Origin: Craspedostauros australis
Taxonomy: Eukaryota
DNA length: 41,047 nucleotides
Reading direction: 5' to 3'
NCBI GenBank assembly: GCA_030167865.1
Contig: JALAGF010003681.1
Location: 1-41,047, forward strand
The first letter of the stretch is position 1. Each line of letters opens with the position of its first letter. The position numbers were made by a program, and so were the translations under genes. This document shows, in pieces, positions 1-11,590 of this stretch. The notes beneath the pieces were generated by a model that was not told where the DNA came from, made no database searches, and saw only the letters and a program-made list of their open reading frames with translations.

Positions 1-394
1 GCTGCAATCAATCCCGTTCGACTCTAATCTACTCTACTCTGGTGCCATGCTCGTGTACTTGAGGCGCTCACATTGCATGTGCCCATGTCATACTGCATAC
101 TTCAGTCCAACCTTATCTCTCTTGACATTGTTCAGCCCTTTGTGATCGAATGAGTCAATCGTGGCGCCATTTTGCTTCGCGATTTCTCGCCCAGAAATCG
201 TGGAAGATTGAGACGTTGCGTGGAGGGAGAAATGGAAGAACGCTGCGCCCATCACCAACACAACGAAACCCCAAAACGCTGCAAGGCCGCGATACCACAG
301 ACCGTCTCAAAGTATACCCGCTTGCTCGAAGAGCTGACATAAAGAGGAAAGATCCACAAGAATCCAAGAAAGAACGCAACAGAGAGCAGCAACG

Positions 395-1317
395 ATGAGC
401 AGAGCATGGCCACCGCAAACGCTCTCCCATGACGTGGAGGGCGTGATTGATGAATGCGAGCGCATGGAGCTCGCTGCTGTTCCCGTGACCCAGACTGCTC
501 ATATTCCTGTGAGTGCGATACGATGAGTGCCGTGGTGTTGTGTCGAAGGCACTGGTGATCTTCTTCCATCCTTCCGTGGACCGTCAAGAGCTGTTGCTTC
601 TCTGCGCGTCTTCGTGTGGCTGTGCTGCCGTTGCTGCTGATGATGATGAAGCTGCCGAACAGTATCCTTCGTGTTTGCCGTCAACCACGATCTCCCAGAT
701 CACTCACGCTGCTGTCACGTCACCATCACCACTCTCTTGCCTCTATTCGTATCGTGGCTGTATACCGCCACCCCTGCATGTGCGCGGACCGTCCCTTCCA
801 CCCAACAACACTTCAGATCATCCAACTTGCGGCGTTGTTATTCATCGGGGATTACATCAATGCGCGTCATGTGTGGCGTCGCTGGCGGGGAAACTGTCGA
901 ACGGAGGAGGAAATGAAAGCTTTGGCGGATTGGACTGCGTTAGGTCATGCCATGATGAACAACAATGCCAAGGAGGTCTGGGCCGTACTTCCTCAGATCC
1001 ACGAGGCAGCTCCGCCGCCTTTCAATCAGTACGCAGTCGAAGTTGGCGATGCATTCCGGCGGCGAGTGCTGATCCAGTATGGAGCGCCAGCATTGACATC
1101 CGAGCCGTTTATTTCGATGATGAACTTTGCAGACGCAGACCATGCGCAAAAGTTTGCAGCGCAGAACCGGCAGCGACTTGAGGCTGAGGCGGCACGGCGC
1201 GTGCTGACAAGTGCGGACGGAAACACGGATATCAACGAGGTCATCGGGGTGCTCGAGACTACTCCCTTGGCACTTCCCTCGTTCCAAGTGCAAAGAGCCA
1301 GCACCATGATGTTATGA
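395..1317 (+). CDS. CSN8: COP9 signalosome subunit 8-like (CSN8/PSMD8/eIF3k PCI family); exons 395-508 and 817-1317, about 204 aa
   Basis: ATG at 395 reads MSRAWPPQTLSHDVEGVIDECERMELAA. A GTGAGT donor at 509 and a CTTCAG acceptor ending at 816 join in phase 0 to IIQLAALLFIGDYINARHVWRRW...FRRRVLIQY. This resembles CSN8 (LDQCENQELEA / [20 protein letters not shown] / RRRAFALV), and the length fits. Confidence 0.7.
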
Positions 1318-1836
1318 TTGCGATTGCGATTTCGCAGACCCTCAGGATGGATAGAGAGCCATGGAGACTTACGAGAGCGCGAGCGAGAGCGATACCGTGT
1401 CATAGCGCACTTGTCAGAGACTAGTTGATGTCCTTAGCGTACTCACTACTCCCTATCTGATTACTCGCGAGCAGAAGCATGTATGTATTTGCGACATGAG
1501 CATGGCATGGTACGAGTATGTGCGCCTGTGATACATGGCACATGCCACTTCATTTCTTGCATTTTGTGGCTGGTTGGTGCGTGTGACCATTCCGAGGTGT
1601 GCTTCGGCGAGATGATCTTCGCGGGTGAAAAAGATCAGGTGCGCAGGTTTTGAATGGGTTGACTTGTGCGTGCGCAACAAGGCATGGTTCCTTGCCACCA
1701 CTCTATTGACGAGTCCTTGATCATGCCATACATGCCATCATAGCATCGAGCTGATTGTTGCATATCCTCCTAGCAAGCAGCAGCAGCATCTTGAACGAGA
1801 GCTGTTTGGCTGGTCATGCCTCGAAAAACATCTGCT

Positions 1837-4800
1837 CTAGTTTCGGCCACCCCTCCGTCTGCTGTTCCAACCTCCCCGTCCACCACTGCCGCCGCGACCA
1901 CCTCGCCCACCACGACCTCCCTTTCTACGGGAGTTTTGATTTGCCTTGTACCGTGCCTCGCGAGTGACGTTACGCGTCCACAAAGGGGGCAGCTTCGAGA
2001 TCGAGACATCCGCTCTATAATCTATGAGTTCCAAGTACTCCTCCTCTGTCACGGTGTGACGTAGCTTGCCAAGCACGTAATCATTGACGTAGCCGCTTTC
2101 GCAGCATTTCTCGAAGAACGCCCGTGCATGCATGTAACGCGCAGCATGGTCTTCGCGAGGGAGGAGGTTGGCGACCACAGACAATAGAATAGTGTACGTG
2201 TACGCATCCGGTGCCATGTCCTGTTGATTGGATAGCCAATCAAATACGCGAAAGGCGATCTGCAGTGCGATGTGGCGGTCTTCGTCAAACTTCGTGAATG
2301 CGCATGCCTTCGATGATACCAAAGCCGATGTTGGGGAGTGAACCATAGTGCGGTCGCTCGTAGTTCGAGGGGGAGTCAAACAGAGCAAATCAGAGCATAA
2401 TGGAGAGAGTCAGTTTGGAATGGTATGACTTTGGTGGAGTTGATAGCCGCCAATATGCACAGAAAATCAAGGCAAAAGTATTAAACCAAGCAAAAAAACA
2501 GGCACGCCAATCCAATGCCAGTTCTGAGCAATCATCCCTGTTGTTCCTTACATTGCATACAGCATTCGAGGTGTGGACGTTGGGTTTGATGTCCGCATCC
2601 TTCGTCTTTTCGTAGTTCACAATCATCCCGTTCAAGATTTCTTCTGCTCGCTGGGCTGCGCCCTTCTCGCCCGACTTCGCCCATGCATCGATCACGCTCG
2701 TGTACGTTCTCGTGTTTGGCTTGAAGGCCGCATCCCCATCCTTGTACCGCGTCTCCATGATATTGAAAACTTCCTCTGCTCGTGCCGCTGAGCCGCGTTC
2801 TGAAGACTTGGCCCAAACGTTGATGAGTGTGTTGTACGTGTACGTATCAGGTTTAACATCCTTGTTGTTGTTGGATCGATAAAGGTCGTCCATGAGATCA
2901 ACGATTCGCTCTGCTCTATGCGGAGCGCTCGGATCGCCCGACCTTGCCCATGCATCCAGAACATTATTGTAAGTGATGGTGTCAGGCTTGACGTCCTTGT
3001 TGCCACCCTGATGCAGCTTGTCCATCCACTCCAAAATCTGTTCAGAGCGTTCTGCTGACTGCCGACCACGACCGCTCTTCGCCCATGCATCAAGCACAGT
3101 GTTGAAATTGATTGTCGTTGGCTTCACATCTTCCTCATGTCCGATGCGATGGCGATTGACCATGTTTTGAAGCACGCGTTCTGCGCGAGCTGCAGCATCT
3201 GCCTCGCCGCTTTTGGCAAGCGCTTGGATGACTGTGCAAGTACATACGCATGAATGCAGAATTGAGTTGTGAGTAGTGCAGTGTAGTGCAGTGAAATGCG
3301 GATGTGTTTGGTTAGAGCACAGTGGATGACTATGCCATGGTCGGGCGCAATACTGCAGATGGAATGTGTGTGTGTGTAAAGCAAGTGGGATTGTGATCAA
3401 GTGAAGCCGCCGGCTTCACCCACGATTGCGACTTACCTGCGTTGTACGTGTATGCGTTGGGTTTCAAATCGATATCCCCAGCCATGTACTTTGCCTCCAT
3501 TTTCTCCAGTAACTGGTCCGCACGCGTGGCAGCCCCACGATATCCACTGCAGCACCCACGCGCAATTCAAAGTATGCCCCAAACGATGATTAGGATGAAG
3601 GAGATCAACGTTGAGTTCGAAGTTGAAGTGCAAAGAGCAGTGAAACGCACAGAAACAAGCATGCAGCAAGCGCGATGGCAGAGTACAAGTATGGCGGAAG
3701 TTCTGTTTGCACTTTGGCGGACGTACCTTTTGGCCCAAGCATCGATCGTCGCTGTGTACGTGAAAGAATCAGGCTTGATCTTCTTGCTGCCCTCCGCATG
3801 CAATCGGCCCATCGCAACCAGCATTTCCTCCGCCTTGTGCGCAGCATCGCGCTATCGAACCAAACAATGAAAGGAACAGCGTTTTTTGTGAGGTGGATCG
3901 AACGGCAACGGAGGGAGGGACGGAGACCGGGGGGAATTGTGCACAAGAGCTTCAGTATGGTTGTGAGTTTCAGGATACCTGCCGAAGGTGCGGAGAGATT
4001 TGTTGGGTTGTTGGTGCTGATCGTGCGAAAGGGTACTTACCTCCTTGCTTTTGGCCCATGCCTGTTGGAATGAGTTGTTGGTGTTCACAGCAAGAATGGA
4101 TCGCAAGAAAAAGATACGTAGTGGGTGTGACAAAGCGCTGGTGAGTATGGTAACGTGAAGACGGTCCCAAGAACATGAGCCGAGGTGCCAGATGAGTTAT
4201 TCACGCATTCAGTTGCAAATCCGTCTGCTTCGCAGTCACGAAGTCCTCTGAACCTACATTGATGACTGCATTGAAAACGTGCGTATTTGGTTCCAGTTTT
4301 GCGTTGCCGATCGGATCAGATTGATGCAGCTGAATCATTTGAGCAAGGAGCGAGTCGGCGCGAGCAGCGGCGCCCTTTTCGCCGCTCTTGGCGTAGGCAT
4401 CAATGACAGCGCCGTACGTAACCACGTTGGGGCGAACCTCTGTATCATCTTGGCTTTGCAGCCGGTGCATCTTGGAGAGGAGCCGTTCTGCCTCGATGGC
4501 GGCACCCTTCCCACCTGATTTTGCCCAGGCATCAATAACGATGTTGTACTGGCAAAATGAAATGGCGGGAATAATATGATGCAAGAGAACAGTAGGTGCA
4601 CATGCCGAAAGGAAGTGGAGAGGGGAATGGATGTGGAGTTGTGTGAGGGAGAGAGGGAATGCTATTGTATATCATGTACAGAACGAGCAAGCCTGGCTCC
4701 AATCCGTGGGTCGAACTGACAACTCCAACTTGTGCCTTGATACGTACCGTGATGGTGTCAGGCTTCGCAGAGTTATTGCCTTCTTCGTACATTCGATGCA

Positions 4801-7800
4801 TGTTGGCCAACAATTGCTGTGCCTTCTTGGCTCCGCTCGATCCGCCAGATTTTGCATATGCATTCATTACTGTGAAGGCAAGGGAGTGTGTGGAGAAACA
4901 AAATTGCAGATGATGAGAAGAATGCATGAAAGCGCGAAATTGGTTGTGCCATGGTGAGAACATGATCATCGCATTGGTACCGAAACATGGCACTGCGGCT
5001 GTCGAATGCGACAAACTGCAGTTCCAAGGCCATGTTTCATAGCCTCGCACGCCCAATCAAGGAAGCTGCGCTTACCAGTGTTGAAAGTGAATTTATCGGG
5101 CTGGATTGATGGATCGGCCGACTGATTTAGCCTTTGCATCCATTTCAGGATTTCTTCTGCTCGACTCGGAGCAATCCTCTCCTTGGATCTTGCCCATGCC
5201 TGCGTTAGTGGATATGAATACAGTATGAACGTGAAAATTAATGCAAAAGCAGACGTAAGCGTGAATGTCGATACGGCGAAACCGCAGCAGCGGCAGCAGT
5301 GGCAAAGATGGAAGGGATAGAGCCCTGCACCAGGGATGAAACGAGATTGTTGAAAGGAGGTGGCCAGGTGCATTATCGTACGCATCCCACAATTGGAAGT
5401 ACTCGCAGGCATCCACAACACTTACATTGATGACGGCATTGAATATGCCGGTGGTTGGTTTGATGCGCTCATCGCCTGTGTCCCTGTACTTCTGGTTCAT
5501 TTGCTGCAAGATGGTTTCGGCACGTTGAGCTGCGTCGCCGCCCTTCCCGCTCTTCGCCCACGCATCGACAGCCATAGTGTACAGCTTGGTGTTCACGGCC
5601 ACTTTAGCGTTGCCAGCTTCGGATTCTTGCTGTGCCCGTTTCAACCAAGTCTCCACCATCGATGCCCCAAACTCGCTCTTGGTCTTGGCCCATGCGTTCA
5701 TGATGGCGGGGATGGGAACGTTGGCCGCATCGAGCTGCCCGATCGGCGTTTCATCTCTCTCGCGGTTCATGCGCAGCAGCCAATCCCTCTGCTTGGATCG
5801 ATGGGTGCTGCCGCTTGCTGTGCTCCCCGATGTAGTGATGCTTCGTGAAAAGGATTCGTCGCCGGCGAAGCTTGCATTTCGACCACCGGAGGGTCCGTCT
5901 CGCCGACCACCTGCGATGGAATACTGATCACTGATCGTGGCAATCCCCGTCCCTGCGGTTGTGGAGGATGATACCGTGGCGCTATCAAAAGAGGTGTATT
6001 CTTCCATCGTGGGCAGGGCAAGGCGGTTGTGCGCGCCTCTGTGAGGATCGCGAGCACCCTGCGTTGCACTGCTCTCGAATGTTCGGAAGGAGCTAGGTGA
6101 GGATGGTTCTGCGTCAGGAATGGCAAAATGGTCCATATCGAGCCGATTAGCTGTCAACCGGCTGCTTTGCGTTGAAGTGCTGTTGAGGGAGGCGCCGGCA
6201 GACGTCGATGGTTTCATGAGCATGTTGAGCGCCTTGGAGCTTCCGGCTGAATCCGTGCCGATGGTGCGTCCATCGTCAACATGCTGGTTGGCCGTGGTGT
6301 GCGAGACAGGAAGTCTTGCCTGATCCACCATGCTGGCTGCGTTTTGGCCCTGTGCCACGCCCCCGCGGTGTTGTCTTGATTGGGTGTTGGAATCTGGCTC
6401 ATTGCGATACTTTCCATGCGATTGCTTGCCCCAACTAGCCTGGTGTTGCTGCGAACGCTTTGATTTGCTTCGACCACCGCGTCGTTTCTTGTTTCTCTTG
6501 CTCGTAGAGCGCGTGTCATGGGAGGCTTGGGTCGAGTTTTCTGTTTCATCATCGAACTGGCTGGTGCTTCTTCGTTGGCGGTTGGGATCATATTGATTGT
6601 TGCTCTTGCTGCTGCTGTTGTTGGCAGACGTTGGCTTGGCAGCTCCAGCCTCCGATGTCATCGACATGGTCGAAGATCGCGCCACCTGTTGGAGATTTGT
6701 AACCGCCGGCACAAACCCAGGAGGAGGCTGCTGGATGGCTAGCGTTGGCGCTGAGGCGGTCGCAGAAATAGGAGGAAGCACAGCAGTAGTAGTTGGTGCG
6801 CCGAAGGCCGACGATCCGATATCTGCCTGCATGGTGCCATCGAACGCTGCAGATGATGACGACGCTGCTGCCATTGAGTACATGGACGGCGCCGTCGAAG
6901 CCGAGGATGAAAATGGAATCGTCTGACCATGATCCCACCGAGTTTGATGCGCGCTCGTGTGGGCACTTACACTGGCAGATACGCTGGCATTCGTGCTCGC
7001 GGATGTTGCGACCGTAAGGCCGGTGGTGGACCCGGAACTGGCGCCGATGAGCCCAGGCAAGCTGGGAGTGCCAATGGACGCAGCAGAGCTCTGTGGTGGA
7101 AGTGGGTACGGTTGATAAACAGGAAAGGTGGCGGGTCCCTGAGCCTGACCCTGTGCGACCGAACCGCCGTGCGACAGGTTGAGGTGGCTCATGGAGTTGA
7201 TGAGATCTAGCTGTCCCGTTGGGTTTGGGTGATTGGCGGATGTGTAAGGGTTTGCAGGCTGCCAAGGTGCTGCCGACATGCTGGGGGGATGCTGAGTCGA
7301 GCCGTACTGATGATAAGGCGGGTGCTGGTGTAGGTGTTGGGGCTGGTGTTGAATCTGGGGTTGCTGATAAGATTGATGGAAGGACGTTGCAGGTGGCGCA
7401 ATGGGAGCAGTTACTGGATTTGCCGCGTCTCCCCATATGGTGGAATTTGCATTCGCTGACATTGGGGCAGGGTATGCGGAATGAGTTGGCGCCGATACTG
7501 GCCGACCATCCGCATTGGATTGATGCATGTGCGGCATGTGCGGTTGGTACTGGTTGAATTGTTGCGGCACCGGATGCTGTGCAGGGTGCTGCTGAAATTG
7601 GTGTTGCTGCTGATGGTGTTGCAGAAGCTGTTGTTGATGGTACTGCGGATGCTGGGAATGAAAAGAAGCCACATCCTGAAAGGCACCTGCTGGAATGGAA
7701 TCATTGGTGCTGGGCCTCGTGTTGTTGTCCGGCTTTCCATAGCCGCCTGACGGATCCATGGCGGGGTCGCTGCGATGGGTGACGAGGTTCTGATGGCCGT

Positions 7801-7996
7801 TGCGGCTGCGACGATTGGCGTCGCCTTCGTCTTCGTCAGATGACGATTGGAATTCCTGGCGGCTTTCGACCCGTTGAGGCGCACCAGTCAGATGTCCCTG
7901 ATGCGTCGCCTTCTGTTGGCGTGGAATCAGGTGCGAGATGGATGCTGTTGCTGTTCCCACCAATGCTGTTTCTTTGTTGTTCGGCGGAAGCTCCAT
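1837..7996 (-). CDS. Pentatricopeptide repeat (PPR) protein, about 1504 aa, about 15 extended PPR motifs, long low-complexity N-terminus, RGG-rich C-tail; exons 7996-5426, 5199-5076, 4869-4748, 4548-4258, 4061-4041, 3851-3727, 3546-3437, 3231-2552, 2307-1837
   Basis: Repeated motif (T)Y/FN.VIDAWAKSG...A.RAE..L..M......D.KPD/N across ORFs 5093..7996, 4201..4584, 2390..3400 and 1837..2388. All 8 introns have GT donors (GTAAG/GTACG/GTAGG) and AG acceptors. Summed exons are 4515 nt, in frame to the TAG at 1837-1839. Confidence 0.9.
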
Positions 7997-8283
7997 GCTC
8001 TATTTCCGATGCCTGTGCTTGTACCGTCCTGTTCTTGCTCTTGCTCTCGCCCTTGCTCTTGCTGTCTCTGCCGCTGCAAATGCCGATGTCGCTCCCTCTC
8101 GCAATCAAATGGGCGACAGATGCGGTGCAAAGCTGGCGACGGATGCCGCAAGGCGGAAACGCGTCTTGTTCCGATCCGAAGATGTCAAAGCAAGCTTCCA
8201 GGATTCGCTATTGGACCTCGATGGAGAACTCGGACACGATACTCGTGCTCTGCAGGGCCAGGTTTCGGAAAGATGGCGATGAC

Positions 8284-8325
8284 GATGGTAGTGATGATGG
8301 TAGTGATGATGGTAGTGATGATGGC
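8284..8325. repeat. 12-bp tandem repeat (GATGGTAGTGAT) x3 upstream of the PPR gene
   Basis: Directly visible: gatggtagtgat gatggtagtgat gatggtagtgat gatggc. Confidence 0.85.
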
Positions 8326-9319
8326 TTCTTTGGGGAGTGGAGCCTGCTTCAGTGATCTCGCAAGTCGCGTTGAGTGATTGTTTGCTCTTGCGGATGCCAA
8401 CTCAACTGTTGTGGTCGTGCACGAGCCAGACAGTGTTCTCAACTACTATACTAATATTCTGCTCGGAGGTCGTGCGGGTATGCTCGGATTCTTGTGAGAA
8501 TGGATGTGAAGGAAAGGAGGAATGGACTGGGTCAGGCCGCAAGTATGACCATGCGAGAATGGTTGGAGCATTCACGATGGCCCATCATTGCCATGGCGAG
8601 CGAAGAGTCCCCACACTGGGAGATGGTTTGAAGTCCTTCGTCTCGTGTCCTTTCATTTGCGCGCGCCACGAGCACCCCAGCGTCCCATCAACCAACCTCT
8701 CTTCCCACCACGCACCCACGGACCCAACTGTCCCTCCAACCAGGATGTCTCCGTATCCACACGAGCGACAAAATCAGGAAAGTAGACCCAGCCATCCAAG
8801 GAAATTTATTCGTTTGCCTGTTTGTCCCTGTTTGTGGCCTCTCAATTTAGATTTACGCAGCTTTCGCTCACAGACAGCGTGTTCCGCCTCTCCGATCCAC
8901 AATTCAAATCGACAGACAATTAGCCCTACGACACTAATATTAACATTCAGAATTGAATACAATAATTCATTCAACTTCCGTGAAGGGTGTGTCATTGTTA
9001 AATATCCAATCACGTCTTCAACGCCTACAACGCTCATTTAGCCGTCACGTTTGAAAAGCCGCCCTTCCATTCGCCAGATCGCGCGGAACGGGTTTGAATG
9101 GTGATGCGGAACTTTCCAAAACCTCCTTTGTTCGTCCACGATCCTGTCTCTTCGCCCGAGTTGCGGCGTTGAGATGAATCGCTCCACATTTTCCCACTTT
9201 TGGGCTGTCCACAAGTCAACAGCATTCTCATTTTTGAAAAATCGGGAGGCGAAACAGATGAGATGTGTGGGACTATGTCGTGAGAAATTTCTTCGTCGTC
9301 CGAAGCTTGCGGCATCCTG

Positions 9320-11017
9320 TCAACGAATCGTCTTCTTGCGCTGGCGCTGCCGTTTGGCCTTGTTCGATGACCGGAACTGCCGTGAATACGTGGCGCGATG
9401 GGATCTTAGCGCTTCAATGCCTCTTGCGTCGGCATCGCTGGTGGCTGCGTTGTCGACAACGACGATGATGGGGCACACCTGCTTCGCTTCGTTCAGGATG
9501 GCTTCATTTGCGGCAACCTCTTCTGTTCCCGTCTGCTGCTTGCCTGCACTCAGTCCTTCATGATGGCCGTTGGCGGTTGGCGTCGCCATTCGACACAGGA
9601 TGTGCTCGAAATTCCCCTCCAGCACGACGTGATCAATCCCATCCTGCGCTTGCAGCCGTCCCGTGTGCAACAGCACGTTGTGATGGGCCTCTATTCCATC
9701 GGCGCGCTTATCCCCGATCTTCTGAACCGCGTCCATGTCGAACAGCATGGACAGCGCATACGTGGCGATGGCGATCTTCCCACCAACGACGATACCGGCG
9801 GTAGAGACGCTGCGGTTGGATAAACGCTGCAGAACTTGTTCGGAATACGCGAGTTGGATCCATTGCGCATTGTCCCTGGAATTGCCCAATGATGAGGATG
9901 ATCGTGATGATGACAGTGATGGTGCATGCTGCGAAGTCCGTGACGCTTGGAACGTGAATAAGGTGCGCGGCATGTTGATGGCACTGTCATTGCCGCTACC
10001 ATTGCCGCTATCAACGCTGCCTGCGTCCACCGCGCCCACGCCCGCTGCTTCTGGGAGGTACGCGAACGGGTTGCGCTGAAAGTAGACATTCTGCAGCAAG
10101 TCGTTCACCAACAGAACACGACTTGCCTCGCTGTTGTATTGCAAACTCCAGATCCAGTAGTATTCGTACCGTGCCTTGTGAATCTCGCGACGCCGTCCGG
10201 AGATGTCTTTCATCGTCTCGTTGTCAGTGGACAAAGGATCCATGTACACGTTCTCCAATTTGCAATTGATGGCTTCGCCGGTGGATTGGATTTCCGCCTC
10301 TGCCGTCTCACCATTCGGTTCGCCGGATCCATCGGTTGCTGCGCTGCCTTCTTTCTCAGCATGAGCGCGTGCCGTCCTCTTTCTTTGCATATCATCAGTG
10401 CAGGAACGGATGGTGTAAAGGACGAGACGGTGGTTGTACTTGTCGTCGATGTGCTGGAAGTACCGTTGCACGGGACGCGTCAACCTCGACCAATCCTTGA
10501 CGCCCATCACGATGTCACCCGCGAAGCCAGAGTCCAGCAAGGTCCCAATGAACGGAAGGAAGACTTCCAAGGAATGGCTATCACCCCGGGCCATCGCGAA
10601 GACGGCATCTTCGTTGGGGTGGTGCATCCCCAATATCGGCTGAATGGCCGGGACGAGGTACTTGCGCCCTGGTGGGCTAGTGAGTGGGATCTGCCGTGCG
10701 GGATATCGTGCTCCTCCCTGCGCTTGCGTGTTCGTGTAAGCGGCGCTGTTGTATTCGAATGCGATCGGATCATCCTCGTACGGTGACTGCCATTCTGCGT
10801 ATTCGATCCTGCGCGAGATGTCGTACGGCAGCACGTGATCGTGTGTTGGCGCTTCTCCATCCGCATCCACATCCACATCCACAGAGCATGATGATCCATC
10901 TCCGAATGCTGATGTCACCAGAAACGAAGCGTAGATCGCAGTGACGCAAAGCCCCACGACGGTCACAGCGAGCGCAAATGGGAGCACACGGAGCTTCACC
11001 GTGTTTGCATCCTTCAT
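9320..11017 (-). CDS. Type II membrane protein, glycosyltransferase-like (GT-A-like family common in diatoms) with degenerate motifs
   Basis: Long ORF; the first true ATG is at 11017 (the ORF-track start at 11044 is TTG). N-terminal TM helix VLPFALAVTVVGLCVTAIYASFLV. Family-like segments: FIGTLLDSGFAGDIV, RYEYYWIWSLQY, VYFQRNPF, HNVLLHTGRL. Confidence 0.65.
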   Translation of the reverse strand: MKDANTVKLRVLPFALAVTVVGLCVTAIYASFLVTSAFGDGSSCSVDVDVDADGEAPTHDHVLPYDISRRIEYAEWQSPYEDDPIAFEYNSAAYTNTQAQGGARYPARQIPLTSPPGRKYLVPAIQPILGMHHPNEDAVFAMARGDSHSLEVFLPFIGTLLDSGFAGDIVMGVKDWSRLTRPVQRYFQHIDDKYNHRLVLYTIRSCTDDMQRKRTARAHAEKEGSAATDGSGEPNGETAEAEIQSTGEAINCKLENVYMDPLSTDNETMKDISGRRREIHKARYEYYWIWSLQYNSEASRVLLVNDLLQNVYFQRNPFAYLPEAAGVGAVDAGSVDSGNGSGNDSAINMPRTLFTFQASRTSQHAPSLSSSRSSSSLGNSRDNAQWIQLAYSEQVLQRLSNRSVSTAGIVVGGKIAIATYALSMLFDMDAVQKIGDKRADGIEAHHNVLLHTGRLQAQDGIDHVVLEGNFEHILCRMATPTANGHHEGLSAGKQQTGTEEVAANEAILNEAKQVCPIIVVVDNAATSDADARGIEALRSHRATYSRQFRSSNKAKRQRQRKKTIR

Positions 11018-11590
11018 CGTGTGTTCTTCATCATCCACATGCAAGAAACGAGACTTTCGCCGACTTGGTTCAGTGAATGCTCAGGTCTCGGTCGCAGCTC
11101 TCGATGGAGAGGAAGGATGCTCCTGGCGAGTGAATCGTCCTTGAGGCTTGGCATCACACACCTCCGAGAGGAGTTGTTGTGTGTCATGTGATGTCTGTTG
11201 CATCAAAAAGTCATTCTGTGACACGAAATGACACGACAAAACGAAAGACATCCATGTTCGGAAGCACAGCACTGTTAAGCATATATTCAGTCCGTCCGTG
11301 TCAATAATCACCAGTTTAGTCTGGCATTCGTCCAATGAATGACGAAATGGCGAATCGCAAAACACGAAATGCCTCCGACGCCACAACAAGAACAAACGAC
11401 GTGCGAGAAGGAACCGCAACAGAACTCCATCGCCTTCTTTCCTTCGCTCCATTCCTCTCCTTCCCTTCCCTTTTCTTGAACAGGAAGAGAGGACGCCCAC
11501 TCAAATGATCTGTCAAACTGCAAGCATCAGAAGCACACGACAAGCCTGCTAGAGCATTGGTGGAACACGATCCATTCGCCAACCAGCACC

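Noticed and set aside
513..1181. 222-aa ORF, and the ORF-track start at 616
   Set aside because: They run through the CSN8-like intron or an alternative frame; the spliced model from ATG 395 explains the region.
8284..8325. Short tandem repeats here and at 31251-31360 considered as CRISPR-like arrays
   Set aside because: Contiguous repeats without unique spacers, in a eukaryotic context, with no cas genes.
8337..9315. ORFs 8337-9041 (+) and 9034-9315 (-), and an AT-richer patch near 8930-9010
   Set aside because: No protein-like features, repeats or element ends; most likely promoter or UTR sequence.
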